Source: Ginglymostoma cirratum
Taxonomy: Eukaryota
Assembly (NCBI GenBank): GCA_024137785.1
Contig: JAHRHZ010000019.1
Span: 26,158,327 to 26,222,326 of the forward strand
DNA: 64,000 nt
Direction: 5' to 3'
Both the position numbers and the translations under genes were made by a program. Of the stretch, positions 24,951 to 38,919 are shown in pieces (position 1 is the stretch's first letter; every line of letters starts with the position of its first letter). The notes under the pieces were generated by a model. The model saw only the letters and a program-made list of their open reading frames with translations. It did no database searches and was not told where the DNA came from.

Positions 24951-26609
24951 GGTTCAAAGAGTCTTGCGAACCTTGAGTTTCAACCACCTACCAACATGTT
25001 GACCACAAATAATTGGTTTCCTCAGTCTTCTCCCACTTTTAAAATGTACCCCAACCTACAGCAGTTTGTCCCAATTCCTTCTGTGAATATTACTTCTTTT
25101 AAAAAAAAGTTCATTCATTTTTGTAATTTCCTTATCTTAGTTACGTAGAGACAGAACATTTTTCTTTGGCGAGGAAACTCAACAAAAAGACATGAATCTC
25201 AAAATTAGAGCTGAGCCAGTTATGGATTTAATCAGGAAGCATTTTCCATACAAAAGATTGTAAAAATCTGGATTCATGCTAAAAAAAAAGTGCTTTCTAG
25301 GATAATTCAAATATTCAGGACTCAGATAGCATTTTTTTGTTTATAGGTAGGGTTATCATAGTATTTGAATTGAGTTAAGATGCAAGACCACCACAAAATA
25401 CTGAAAATGAGTTAATGGCTTGAATGACTTATTTCTGTTCTTATGTTCATACACCTAAACTGCTCAGGAAATCATAGCAATATCACAAGTATCACAAGTA
25501 TCAGATTTGAAATACTGTGCTTTCTTCTACTGGAGCTCTTTAGATGTTTGTGGATGATGACTTCTGGTGTCTCAAACTTGAGAGTGCTGGCTGCACACTG
25601 AGTGGTTTCAGTTACAGCTGTGATAGTCTATCCCAGCTAGCTTTCTGTCCTTATAACAAAAAATGGTTGGAATGGGGAGGTGGGAGAGCAGATGCAGAGA
25701 CATTTCGAATGTGGGCAATACAAATACGTCCAGAAGACCATTGCCAATTCCAAGAGGTTGAGGCCCATCTGTGTCCCAGACCTACAGTAGGTTAGTCTTC
25801 AAAAGATAAATTATACCTTAAATTCCTACCCATTTCATCCTTTAAATTCAGAGACTGGAAGCAGCTATTTGAACTTTTATTGAAATTGCAAATGCTGGTG
25901 ACATAGTTAACAACAGAAATGTGCATGTGTATAGCACTTTTCTGTAAAATATCTCAAGTTTCTTCTCAGGTGGGTTATAGAACAAAAATTATCGCTAAAC
26001 TAAATTAGGACATAGTAGGGCAGATGACAAAATATTTGATGAGATGTTAAAGAGGAATATTGCAGGAAAAGGAAATAACTTTTGGCAATTCCTTTGGGAA
26101 GGAATTCCAGACATTAGGGCCTCAGCATCTGAAGGCAGAAAAGCCAATGGTGGAACACTTAAAATGTGAAAGAGGTCAGCACTGCAGAAGTACAAATATC
26201 TTGCAAACCTAGAGGAATATTGGCCAAATGCAGGCAAATGGGACTAAATTAGTTTGGGAAAGCTGATCAGCATGGACGAGTTGGACCGAAGGGTCTGTTT
26301 CTATTATATGTAATTATATGACTCCCCAGGGCCCTGCCAATAACTGTATAAATCCTGACCTTAATTGCCTTACCAAAATGAAACACCTTATATTTATCTA
26401 AATTAGACTCCATCTGCCACTTCTCAGTCCATTGGCCCATCTGATCAAGTCGTTATATAGCACTGTTTATATTCAATTTCACTGACAATTAATTAAGGTT
26501 TGAATTGTACTTACTGTTGAAGTAAAATAGCCATAGACTTACCAGACTATCAGGCTGCTGTTTCATTAGAGAAAGATGACTTATTTTTAAGTGGTAATAA
26601 GAATTTCCA

Positions 26610-26737
26610 GTGTGGAGCTGGAGGAGCACAGCAGGCTAGGCAGCATCAGAGGAGCAACAAAGTTGATGCTTCGGGTCAGGACCCTTCTTCAGAAATAGGG
26701 GAGGGGGAAGGGAGCTCTGCAATAAATAGGGGGAGGT
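26610..26737 (-). mobile_element. PLE terminal-repeat fragment with hammerhead-like motif (26662-26694)
   Basis: Minus strand TT-CTGAAGA-A-GGGT CCTG ACCC-GAAGCATC-AA; remainder matches the 41989-42172 family. Confidence 0.75.
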
Positions 26738-26744
26738 ATTTATT

Positions 26745-27500
26745 TTTAATTCACTCATGGGACACGTATGTTGCTTATTGGCCAGTATTTATTGCCCATT
26801 CCTCGTGGCACTTGACAACTGGTGGTGATGGTGCTTTATTCAGCAGCTGCAGTCCACATGCTGTAGGTTGACACAAAATGTCCTTGGGGAGGGAAATCCA
26901 GGGTTTTGACCCAGTGACAGTGAAGGAATAGCAATATATTTCTAAGTCAGGAAGATGATTGGCTCAAAGGAGAATTTGCAGGCGGTTGTGTTCCCAGGTA
27001 TCTGCTGCCCTGACCTTCGAGATGGAAAGGGTTGCGGGTTTGGAAGATGCTGTCTCAGGACCTTTATTAAATTTTTGCAGTACATCTTGTACATAATACA
27101 CACAGCTACTAGTGACCGTGTTTGTTGGCGGGAGTGGGGAGGAGGTGGATGCTTGTGGGTGAGGTGTCAATCAAGTGGGCTGCTTTGTCTTGGATGGTGT
27201 CAAGCTTCTTCAGTGTCACTGGAGCTGCATCTATTCATCACTCTCCTGGCTTGTGCCTTCTAGATGATGGACAGACTTTGGGGAGTCAGGAGGTGAGTTT
27301 TTTGCCACAGTATTCCTAGCCACTGTCCCACTTTTGTAGATGCTGTAACTATGTAGCAAGTAATGTTGAGTTTCTGGTCCGTGATAACCTCAAAAATGTT
27401 AATAGAGAGGGATCCAGTGATAGCAGCACCATTGATTGTCAAGGGGCAGTGATTAAATCATCTCTTATCGGAGATTGACATTGCCTGGCATTTGTGTGGT
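26745..27500 (-). mobile_element. LINE 3' fragment (L2/CR1 group)
   Basis: Minus ORFs 27260-27442 (INIFEVITDQKLN..KVGQWLGILW..LLTPQSLSII) and 26964-27170 resemble a LINE RT C-terminal region. Confidence 0.65.
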
Positions 27501-27506
27501 GGTCTT

Positions 27507-27979
27507 CTATAGGAAGGATGTTGTTAAACTTGAGAGGGTGCAGACAACATTTACAAGGATGTTGCCAGTTTTGGAGGGTTTAAGCTGAAGGGTGACCTTG
27601 TAGAGGTTTATAAAATCATGATGAGCATGGATGAGGTGAATAACCAAGGTTTTTTCTTCCCTAGGGTGGGGGAGTCCAAAACTAGGAAGCATATTTTTAA
27701 GGTGAGAAGGGAAAAGTTTAAAAAGGACCTGAGGGGTAACCCTTTTACACAGAGGGTGGTGTGTGTACGGAACAAGCTGCCAAAGGAAATGGTGGAGACA
27801 GGTACAACATTTAAAAGGCATCTGGAGGGATAAATGAATAAGAAGGGTTTAGAGGGATATGGGCCAAATGCTGGCAAATGGGACTTGGTCAGATTGGGAT
27901 GTCTGGTCAGCGCAGATGAATTGGACCAAAGAATCTGTTTCCATGCTATATGATTCTAGGAGTCTATGACTCTATGACT
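27507..27979 (+). mobile_element. HER1/CR1 LINE 3' end
   Basis: YRKDVVKLERVQ.., FFPRVGESKTRKHIFKVRREKFKKDLRGN; ends in the tail repeat CTATGACTCTATGACT. Confidence 0.9.
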
Positions 27980-28219
27980 AGTTCTTCATGTATATGCATG
28001 AGTTATATATTGTCATGTGGTAATAAGAAGAATAGTGTATAAATGTGTATGAAATAGCATTTGCTCATGTATGTCTGTGTAAATGGGATATATTAGTATA
28101 TGTTGAGTAGTTCTATGAAATCCTGCAAGATAGTAGATGTTACCTATCCTCATGAAACTGCCCTCTTTTTTATCCATTTTACTCACTACAAACTCACCAA
28201 CTCCCACAGTTAACTTTGA

Positions 28220-29390
28220 CAATGCATTTCACACCTTGCTTCTGCAAAGACTCCATTCCATTTTCCCAGTTTCTATATCTCTGTCCTAACTGTTCTGATG
28301 ATTCCACCTTCCATGGGAGGGCTGGGACGGGGGTGGGGGGAGATGACAAGTGGTGGGTGTGGGTGTAGGTGGTCACAAATGTCCACCTTTTTCCTCACGG
28401 AAGATTCCTGCCTCTGTGGTTGACAGGGCCTTCAGCCACCTCTGATCCATTTCCTGCAGTTTTGACTCACCTGTTCTCTCCCCTTAAACAATACAGTTCC
28501 CCTGGTCCTCACTGTCCACCCCATCAGCCTTTGCGTCCAAAGGATCATAAGCACCATTTCTGTCATTTCCAGATACATATTCCCCTCCCCCTCCCTTGTC
28601 AGCATTCTACAGGGACCATTCCCTCCTGAACAGCCTGGTCCACTATTCCTCCTCCACTCCCAACACCTCCCACACACCCATGACACCTTTCCATGCAATT
28701 ACAGAAGGTGCAACACTCCCCTTAACCTCCTGCCTCCTCACTATCCAAGGTTCCTGACTGACCTTCCAAGTGATTCAGTGACTAGCTGCACCTCATTCAA
28801 TCTAGTCTGCTATATTCACTGCTCACAACTTGGTGTCCTATACATTGGAGAGACCAATCACAGAACGGGTAACCATTTTTCCGAACACCTACACTTAGTC
28901 AGTAAGAATGACCCCAAGTTTCCAGTTGCCCACCACTGCAACACCGCACCACGTTCTCATGCCGACAAATTCTGTCTCGGGCCCGCTGCAAAACTCCAGT
29001 GATGTTCAGTACAAGCTGGAGAATCAAGACTTGATATTCTGCCTTCGTATCTTATAGTCTTCTGGGCTCAACATTGAGTTTAACAGTTTCAGAACATGAA
29101 CACGCTCCTCCACGGTGGTTACTGTCCCCCACCCCTCATTCCCTGTATTATATGAGATTCCCCTGCTCAGCAAACCCATTTTCAAATGTTCGTATTTCTC
29201 ATTAGCACCCGACCCAGCATTAATGTCTCCCTAGGCTTATCACCAGTTTTCTCTTTGTTTGCCTTTTTTTCTCTCTCTTTGCCCTCCATATCCATGCACT
29301 CTACTTACAGAATCAATATCCCCCTTTCCCCGCTACTTTCAGTTCTAAGGTTCACTGGACGTAAAATATTAACTGTTGAGTTTCTCCAGT
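28220..29390 (+). mobile_element. Older decayed Penelope-like element (RT thumb to GIY-YIG plus 3' region)
   Basis: CKDSIPFSQFL at ~28243, NLVCYIHCSQLGVLYIGETNHRTGNHFSEHL in ORF 28778-29002 and GLNIEFNSFR at ~29064; collinear with 5980-6740. Confidence 0.85.
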
Positions 29391-29504
29391 ACACCCTGTT
29401 TTTGCTCCTTTTTGTTTTGCTAACTTGTTGTTTTGCTCTACCTATCGATCAGGTTGAAGAACTTGTTAAACTTTGTCTTCCCCAACCATTAAATTCTATC
29501 CCCT

Positions 29505-29605
29505 AGTTGTGAGGAAGGGCCACCAGACCCGAAATATTAGTTATGATTTCTCTCTACAGATGCTGCCAGACCTGCTGAGCTTTTCCAGCAATTTCTGTTT
29601 TTTGT
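29505..29605 (+). mobile_element. PLE terminal repeat with degenerate hammerhead motif
   Basis: AGTT-GTGAGGA-A-GGGCCACCAGACCC-GAAATATT followed by ACAGATGCTGCCAGACCTGCTGAGCTTTTCCAGCAA. Confidence 0.75.
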
Positions 29606-30947
29606 ATGTGCTATCCTCTGTTACAGCAACAGCAACAGCACGAACGACGTACCAATCAGAAATAAAATGTGGATAACTAGTTGGTCATTTTTAAAAATGG
29701 TATTTGTTCCATGTAAGTGATAGTGGCAGAAGTGCACATATTCCACATTCGGTCATTTGGAAGAGAGCAGAGTTGATTTCATAGAAATCATACAATCAAC
29801 ATAAACATTCAAATATAGAGCACACGGAATTCACAATCTAACAATACGCTCGCAATGTAGATGTACACTCTAAATCCCAGTTGTTGTTATGTGTAAGTTC
29901 AAGTTTGCAAAGTTTACCGTAGCCAATGAGTAATTTTAGATACTTTTAAAATTCTGACAAGGGCTACCTTAGTTAAATCATTATGTTCCAAGTTTAGCCT
30001 CCTGACTGTTGCAACTCCCTTACAGTTTGCTAGGAAATTTATGATCTTCATCCCCCGAATTGCTCCTGACCTGCTGAGTCTGTAGGGAGAACATTATTCA
30101 AATGTTTACCTTTAATGAGCGACACTTGTCAATCGCAAATCGTCACGGTGCCACGCCAAATATTTAACAGAGAGCTGTAGCTCTGGGACACAACTAAATA
30201 TTCGTGTGCAATCTTGCGCAGCCTTGCTTCAACACCCCAGCAGTCCGTTAAGGTAACGTTGTTCGTCCTCAGAACTGCTCTCGTCCTCAGAAATTTATTC
30301 ACATTGCATGGCCATCAGCCCAGTGTAGCAATTCACCAGAGACCAGACAGCAACAGCTCCCTTACACAATCGAATGACAACATCTACATCTTTTCCCTTC
30401 ATTTGACTCGACATTGGAAATGTACTTTAATAGTTTAGCGGCTGCCGTCGGCTATATCTAGGATGCAAAAAACCGTCGGGTACTGAACAGACGTTAAATT
30501 GTTCGAAAAGAACAATCTACTTCCTAATGTGTTGACGGACACAATATTGGATAACAAAGGTAATGACATGCTGTTTGCCTAAACGACCAGTGCTGGTTTA
30601 CACTACTGTAGTTGTTTTATAAACCCACATTCGCATGGTATAATGTTACTGGCCATTTTGGTAATATAATCGCACCATGTTACTGTAGGGCCCTATCAAC
30701 AAGTTAGAGTTGATTGATATTTTAGCATTTTCCAATAGTGGAAGAGCAGGGGAACATTACAGATACGAGGTAGGAATAGCGGAGAAGACGAGGTCATACA
30801 ACTACCATATTTATCACTCACGCAGCAGCATCAACGCCAAACTCGGAATTATAAATATTGAAGCTGGACTCCGAGTTGTTTGTTGAATATGCCAAGAGGG
30901 ATGTGAGAAGGAAATGAATTAGGCTCTCTAGCTCTCAAGTGACGCGA

Positions 30948-31196
30948 TATAGAGTCATAGAGATGTACAGCGTGGAAACAGAACCTTCAGTCCAACACGT
31001 CCATGCCAACCAGATATCCTAAATTAATCTAGTCCCACTGGTCAGCATTTGGACCACATTCCTCTGAACCCTTCCTGTTGATATACCCATCCAGATGCCT
31101 TTTAAATGGTGTAATTGCACCAGCTTCCACCACTTCCTCTGGCAGCTCATTCCATACACATGCCACCCTGTGCATGAAAAAGTTGCCCCTTAGGTC
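30948..31196 (-). mobile_element. HER1/CR1 LINE 3' end
   Basis: Antisense match to 27730-27979 (AGAGTCATAGAGATGTACAGC..CCAGATGCCTTTTAAATG..AAAAAGTTGCCCCT). Confidence 0.85.
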
Positions 31197-33369
31197 AATT
31201 CAATCCTTAATCAATTCAATTAGTAACGAATAGGTAACTTTTTGTTTATAGTTCTTACTTCTCAACAAAATGTATACTCATTGAGATTCATGATATTTTC
31301 CTCAAAATGTTTTCCAATGTTTATCTACTTTCATACCTTTTCATTTAATTTTCCACTTTATCTTAGTCAACTTCTTTTTCACCTTTAAGTAATTGGATTT
31401 ATTCAAGACTGAGGCATTGGTTTCAGACTCATGGTGCACATCAGACCACATTATTTCCAAACTCAAAGTGAAATTATATTGTATTGTGATTATTCCTCCC
31501 CAAAGGATCCCTTACTAAAAGATTACTTATTAGTCCTGTCTACTGACCGGTCATATGATCTAAAACAGTCTACTCACTGGTTAGTTTCACAGTCTTGTGC
31601 TTGGATTCTTCAAACTATTTTTGGCAATTTGAGTTATGCAGTCTATGTGACTATTAAAATCTTCCATGATTACTGTCACCTTTGTTACAAACGTTTCTTA
31701 TTTCTAATCTATCAAACTTTATAGTTACTTTATAGCTCTAAAATCTACTTCTACCAATATCTTCAAGCTCTGAATACTTTTTACCTCCACCGAACTGATT
31801 TTGCTTCTTGCTCTTTCTGTTAAAACCTTGCCTCCCTGCTGTCTTTATGACATCTTTATTATCAGGGCAATTCCCACACTCCACACTCCTGCCTAGCCTT
31901 TTCAACCTTGTCTGTGTTTTCAAAGTGCCAATGCACTTGTGTATTTTATCAATTTGTCACCATACTTCTATAGTGGTTAATAGATTAAGCCCATTTATCT
32001 TGATTTGTGCCATTAATTCATTTACCTTTTACAAATATTTGTGCATTTAAATGCAGTACCTTTTTTTAGCTTTTTCCCATTTCCTCATATTCACTAATGT
32101 ACTTTTACTGTCATACTCTTTATTCATTCCTGTCATAATCTACATATGTTCACTCAAATCAGTACACTCATCTTTGACCTTGCCTTTTATCTTTGGATTT
32201 ATAAATTTTCACTCACATGAATCTTCTCTCCATTTTTAGTTTGGAGTACTATTCACAGCTCTAGTTGTTCATTCCACTAGCACACAGATCATAGCCCAGT
32301 TTAACTGGTGCCTATCCCCATGAAAGAGCTGTGACTTTTCCAAGTATTGATGTCTGCACCCCAAGAAAGTTTCTTCTAAGCCCACATCACTCTTTGAGCT
32401 ATGGTGTTAAACTTTCTGATCTGTTAGAGATTTCACCAATTTGTGAATGACTTTGTTAGTAATTCAAAGTTTAATCCAGGCTCTGCTTATTAATTGCTAT
32501 CTTATTTTCTCAAGCTCTCTCAGCAGAATCTTGTAATTCTACTGAAAACATTAGTTATTCCAATATCCATAACAATTTGATCCTTCTCTTCCCACTCCAA
32601 GTTTCATGATACGTTATCATTAATCATGGGCAGGTAACACATCCTTTAAGATTGAAGATTGCAGCTATAGAGAATAGTATCTATTTGCTTCCTCTATTGC
32701 TTTCTTTTTGACTAGTGCAGGGCCACCTGCACTATACTGCCTTCCTCACATTTGAAAACCTCCATTCATTCTTTGCTGTCATCCATTCAAGTAGTAATTT
32801 CCCCAAACCTGCAGGATAAGATCAAAGCTGAGATCCCTCCATCACAGCATGTCAAGTTGGCATATCTTCCTGATTTGCAGTTATGCCTTCTTCTCCCGGA
32901 TCACAGACAAAATCTCAGCTATGATGGAATCTCAGTCATCTGCAATGTTGTAAAGGTAATAAAATTGTCACATAAAGAATCTGGATTGATTATTCCACAC
33001 TTGTCCCTATACACAAGCAATGATTTCATTGTAACGAAAACATCACATTTATAATAGGTGATGGGAACATAGATATTTTCTGCCCTATTAGATGTAATTA
33101 GTATCAGTGTTCTTTGCCTTCCATGAACCACTTTTTGAAAGGATAGTGGAAGAGTTGTTTGTTACACAAACACTTCTGCCAATCTTGGAATAAGTTTGCT
33201 AAGTGCTTTGCTTCATTACTTATGGTACAGTCACTTGGAAGAAAAGAAAAAAATGAATGCTGAATTTTTGAGAACAGCTGTGTTGACTAATTATAAAGTT
33301 GTACTGTCTATGATGTGGAGTATTTTTGTGTTCTGTTCAGAAAGGATCATAAGGAAACTAGAGAGATCT

Positions 33370-33710
33370 TAGAGTCATAGAAATCTGTGGCTCAGGAGGA
33401 TGTTAGTGAGCCTGTTATCTCTATTCCAGCTGAGACACAGCAGTTCAGCCTTTTTCCACTTTCCAGTTTTTGGTCCATCACTTTGTAGGTTAGGGTACCC
33501 GAAGCATGTATCAAAGTACTTTTTAAAAGCAATGCAGGTTTTTGTCTCAGCGACTTTTTGAGGCAGTGAGTTCCAGAACCCACCCTCCTCAAAAATAATC
33601 CCCTCAGCTCTACCCTAATTCTCTTCCAATTATTTTAAAACCCTCGGTGTTTTTTTAATGTTTCTGCTGAGGAAATAGATTCTTTCTATCCCCTTTTTAT
33701 AAATCCCTCA
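33370..33710 (-). mobile_element. Decayed CR1 3' tail
   Basis: AGTCATAGAA..TCAAAGTACTTTTTAAA..GGCAGTGAGTTCCAGA..ACCCTC. Confidence 0.55.
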
Positions 33711-36700
33711 CATCTAGCACAGAATTTAATGGAAGTAGGAAAGGAGAGAACTGCTCACTGCCACCCACTTCAGAGGAAGGTTAGTGGCCAATCATCAGAC
33801 AAGTAAGAAGCCTGCCTTGCGACTATAACCTACCTGCACAGGCTAAGTTATTGCAGAATAGTGGGGTGTCACACTTTCTGGAGCTACAATCCCAGAAGCG
33901 TCAACAGCCTGTGAGTGCACACTGCTGGCCTGCAAACAGGAAGAAGGCTTCAATGAGATCAGTATTCAGGTAAGTCAGAGACATTGAGTGGGGGGAATTT
34001 GAGCTTAATTATTTATTTCAATATGTGGGTGCCAATTTGGCACTTTTTCTGTACCATGGGGGTCAGCTCAGGGCCCAGCATCTACCTGATTTATCCACTC
34101 CACCAAGTGAAAACATACTCAGTAAGTAAAATCAACCCCTTGTTAAGTCCCTCCTCAGATTCTGCTGTTCCCAAAGAAATGCCATTTAAGCCTTCCACAT
34201 TGCTAACTTCTCCTTTCCTGGCAAGATACTTTCAAATCTCTTCTTATCCTTTTATAGCATGATCACATCCTTTCATGGATTCCAGTAAGCAGATGTCTGT
34301 ACTTTAACATACCGTGTTTTATACCATTCTAAGATAACCTTACAGAGGTATGAAATTCTTTTGTCGTTCTCTGCCCCCACAAATTATTCACAAAACTATA
34401 GATATGCGTCATGTTTACTTTTAATATGGAGCGGGGCAAGGAAGCAGGTCTAACTCAGCTGAAATGGCTATGAGCCCCATGTTGATGGGATTAGTCTGAC
34501 CTGGATGCTAGCCATTTAACCAGCTGAGCTAACTGATCCTCCATTTATGTTCTGTCCCTCAACAAATTAAGCGAAGAAACCCGAAGGCCTTGTGAACCAC
34601 CTCATCCACCTATCCTGCTACTTTCAGAACTCTATGGACATGTACTTTAGGTTCTTTACCGTTTTATGTTTCCTAAAATTTCAATGTGCATTCCTTATCT
34701 GTTTATGCTCCCCAAATTGTATTCCCTCACTCATCTCCGAATTGAATTCTAGTTGCTACTTTTCTGCCCAGCAGACCAGTCCATTGATATCTTGTGCTAT
34801 TAAAATGGCCAAGTTTTGTATTATCCAGAAAATTATTAATCATACGTGTTACATTTAAGTCTAAATCATTGATCTATGTACATAACTTCAACAGCTAGGA
34901 ATTGAGCTCTCAGCCCTGTAGAACCTCAATAGAAACAATCAATTATGATATATTTATGTCGATATATATTTAACAATTCTTTGGTCCTTTTGTGTAATTA
35001 CCTCACTGAGCTGTGTTAAACATCATTTCAACAGAAGGGGTGAAATTGGAGTGACATATGAATTGCGTTTCCTTGTCAGGTAATAATATCAAGAAGCTAC
35101 CTGCTGAAAAAGAAGTCTGTAAGCTGATTGCCTTTTAACATATCCTAATTTAATTCATTCATTTTATGGCAGTTAGCTATTAACACACAAATAAACTCCC
35201 CAGTTGTTCTGCCAAAAGCAAACCTTGATTTGTTAACAAAATGTCTTAATGAGAAACATCATATATTGATATTTCTTGCTTCCTTTCCATTTTAGTCAGC
35301 AGCGGGCAGCCTCCTGCTATCATCACTTGTTGACAAAAAAAAGGCTTTAACAGCTTTGTTGCCATACATTGATGCTCTAGCTGCTTCCTGCTAGTTCTAA
35401 TTACTTGAAACCTTTGGAGCTCTGCATGATCATGCTTTTCATATCATTGGGGTATGCACCCCCAAGACACACACATTAACACATTTTGTGTTTAAACATA
35501 AGTTAAACACATGTTTTTAATGAAGCCTCCTAAATTAAGGAAGAAAACTGCATTGACATTTATTGTTTCCTTATGCACTTTTGAAAGCAGCAACATCATG
35601 ATATTACTTCCGGCGACAAGGGATTTGATAATGATCTCTGTAAACTTGTTTTTCTGCACGGATATGATAAAAGATAATCAGTCTAGCAAACAAAATATTG
35701 GAGGAGTTATTTGACTTTTACTTTAAATGATGGTTACAAAAAAGTGTGAAATCACTTCTGTTTACCTGTGAAAGCGTTTTTAACCATTGAGCACTTTTGG
35801 CCTACTTTTCCAACTGGGAACACACACACACACAATTAAAAAAATAGATTTCAGAAGGTTTTCAAATGTTGTGGCAAAAACAAAGGGATGAAGGCATTTT
35901 AGATGAGAATTCCAGAGAATAGACTGAGAGGCTGAAAGTTCACCCATTAGTGGTGCAGCAAAGAGAATCAAGGGCTAGAGCAAAAGTGATGTCAGGATGA
36001 AGGACGTTACAGAAACATGGGTATGGTAAGGTAGTGGCAGCATATGAAAATTGTCATAAGGATTTAAAATTCAATGTAATTTTGTTAATTATTTTGTGCT
36101 CTTGAAGATAAAGATGAATAACTCTGGCGAAGGGAACACTTCTTGAATCTCAGCTGTCAATAGTTAGCATCAGGTATTTCTAGGAAATATACAGCAAAGG
36201 CTGTTATGTATCACCTACAATCGTATTTGGCCCAATCTTAAAGTGCTACTTGTATTTTGCTAGCATACTATTGCTATTTACTACATCAGCCATTCTTGTG
36301 ACTTTTGCCCTTAGTGACTGCCAATACATGAATAATTTTATGTTATGGCACCTTGTTTGATAATGGTTAATAATGCTTGTACTAAATTAAGATGCAGGTT
36401 TATTACCTGTGAACACAAGAACATACAAAATAACAGTGTCCCCTCAAACTTGTTTCAACGTTCAATACAATTATGGTTTCTAGTCTGCCAGAACATCACC
36501 ATCTTAACTGCTTCTCATGTCCCCGAATTATTTTTAGGTTCCAAACATCTGTCTATCTCAGGTTCAAATGTATTTGACCATAGGATATCCAAAACTCCTT
36601 GGCAATGAAAATTCCAACAATCCAGAATTTTTTTTGTGACCCATGTTCTAGATTCTAACTGGTCAAGTTCCTTCAGAATCTTATATGTTTTAATTATAAT

Positions 36701-36842
36701 TGGGAATGGGTAATTTTTACAGGGTTGAGGGAAAGTGACCGAGACAGCAGACTTTATATAGTGCTGATTGTACTCAAAGCCTATGTTAGGAAAACAATGT
36801 GTTAACATACTGGCCCACCCTGTCTCTTGATCCTTTGATTTA

Positions 36843-37261
36843 TATAGGGTCATACAGCATGGAAACAGACACTTCAGTCCAACGCATCCATGCGACCAAG
36901 TTTCTGAAACTAAGTTAGTCCCATTTGCCTGCTTTTGGCCCATATCTCTTTAAACATTTCCTATTCATATACATGTCCAAATGTCTTTTAAATGTTGTAA
37001 CTATACCTGTAGCTACCACTTCCTCTGGCAGTTCGTTCCATATATGAACTACCCTCTGTGTGAAAAAGTTGCCCTTCGGGTCCCTTTTAAAGCTTTCTCC
37101 TCTCACCTTAAAATGATGCCATCTAGGGAAAAGACCTTTACTGTTCACCTTAATATGCCCCTCATGGTTTTATAAACCTCCTGCGCTCCAGTGAAAAATG
37201 CCCCAGCTTATCCACCCTCTCCTTATAACTCAATCCCTCCAGTCCCGGTAACATCCTTATA
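36843..37261 (-). mobile_element. HER1/CR1 LINE 3' end
   Basis: Minus ORF 36915-37148: FKVRGESFKRDPKGNFFTQRVVHIWNELPEEVV..FKRHLD..YGPKAGKWD. Confidence 0.9.
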
Positions 37262-37599
37262 TCTTAAACATACCTTTGTATCAGAAATGTATTAATATTT
37301 CTGCACATACACGGGTCATAAAACAGCTTCAATCTTAATACAATCTGAGATTAGTTCACAACAGAGAAAAAAAATCCGATTTTTAATTGCTCTGCTTTTA
37401 ACCAACAATCATTGTTACACCTCTTTCTCCAAATGAAGACCATCTTTTTAATGGTTTTCTGTAGTCTGTTGTCTATTCTCAGGCCTCATTCTTTTTGTCC
37501 ATGTGCGTGGGAGTCGGGGTTGGACAGGGCAGTGAGCAGGAAGCGGCTTGGGAGAGATGTTCTAATTTAGCTGTACTTTGGTATCCAAGCACTTTGCAT

Positions 37600-37750
37600 A
37601 AACAGATTAGCTGTTAATTATCACATTGCTGTTTGAGAAACTTTGCTTCGTGCAAATTGCCTGCTGAATATCTCACATTACAGAATTAATTATACAGCTA
37701 AAGTACTGTAGTCCATTGGCTGCATAGAACTTTTGATATAATTAGAGGGA
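37600..37750 (+). mobile_element. Deu-type SINE tail fragment
   Basis: AAACAGATT..TTATCACATTGCTGTTTG..TGCAAATTG, homologous to 19484-19550. Confidence 0.5.
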
Positions 37751-38919
37751 CAGCTTTTCTATTATTCTTTTTATTATTTTGTTCACAAGCACTCTACTCA
37801 GCATAGCACAATAATATAGGATTTTAGACAAATTATCTTCTATATTGCTAGTAGTTCTTCCTTCTGATGTCTTTCCCAGATTTATTTTAACAAATTTCCA
37901 ATTGATGTTTTTGCACAAACCTGTAAATGTTGTTTCTGATCACCAATAAAATTTGTTTTGGCTCAAACTCTGAGTGGACCATTTTATTTATGAAAATATT
38001 GGTTCTAAAATTCAGCAACATAAAATAAACAAATTAGGAAATGCCTCAGCGCTGTTTTCACTCCACCAGCGTAAGAAAATGCATGAACATCTCTATCCTG
38101 AATAGTTTTAGTGACCCAATTACAAGCGGGATATGCCAAGAATTGAAAGGTACATCTATTGAAGAGGTAGTCACTACGGCTATGGAGATACCATAATTAA
38201 GTAAAATTGGAGATATTAGGGTTTATATCACTGAAATGGTTAAGGGAGACCTGACAAGCATTTTCAAGTTGTTGAAGGCTGTAAGATATATAAGAATAGA
38301 TTATACCTCTGAGGCTGTAAGATTTCAATGAGACAGAATTTTAGAACAATGGCAAGAATAATTTAAAAATAGGCAGAACTGAGGATGAAGAAAGATGGAA
38401 TTGATTTAATTTTTTGAGACTAACAAAGAATTTGGAAAACCAGTATAACAAACATGCATGACAGAAATACGTCAATTGAATCAATGTGACTTTTCTGGTG
38501 TTTAGTTTCCAAATGTCTCTCATCCCATTCCATTTGCCCCATCTTAGGTATTCAGCATATCTTTCCAGTCCTTTTCTCTCTTGTACTCATCTAGTTTATT
38601 TCTGAAAGTATCCAAGTTATTTGCCACAACCACTTCCTGTGCTGGTAAGTTTCATGTTCTAACTAATCTCTGAGTAAAGAAATTTCTCCTTGATCTGGTA
38701 CGCCTTGAAACAGCTGCCAGATTGTTGGTCTGCTCCACCTTTTCTGTGCCCCGATCCTGCTCCACACTTCTGGCTGGGTCTTCCATTCTGGGCTGCTTCA
38801 GAATATTGGGTGTACAATCTCATGAAATGCTCCATCATAGAAGCAAAGCATCAAGGGGAAAACAAAGCACATCTCTGCTTAACAGCATTTGCTGCAGTAA
38901 GATAGTAAGCGCTGTTGGT

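Noticed and set aside
34440-34535. Possible tRNA gene on the minus strand (TAGCTCAGCTGG A box)
   Set aside because: No B box or cloverleaf; more likely a decayed tRNA-derived SINE head. The SINE heads at 8522, 14087 and 15136 were likewise not called tRNAs.
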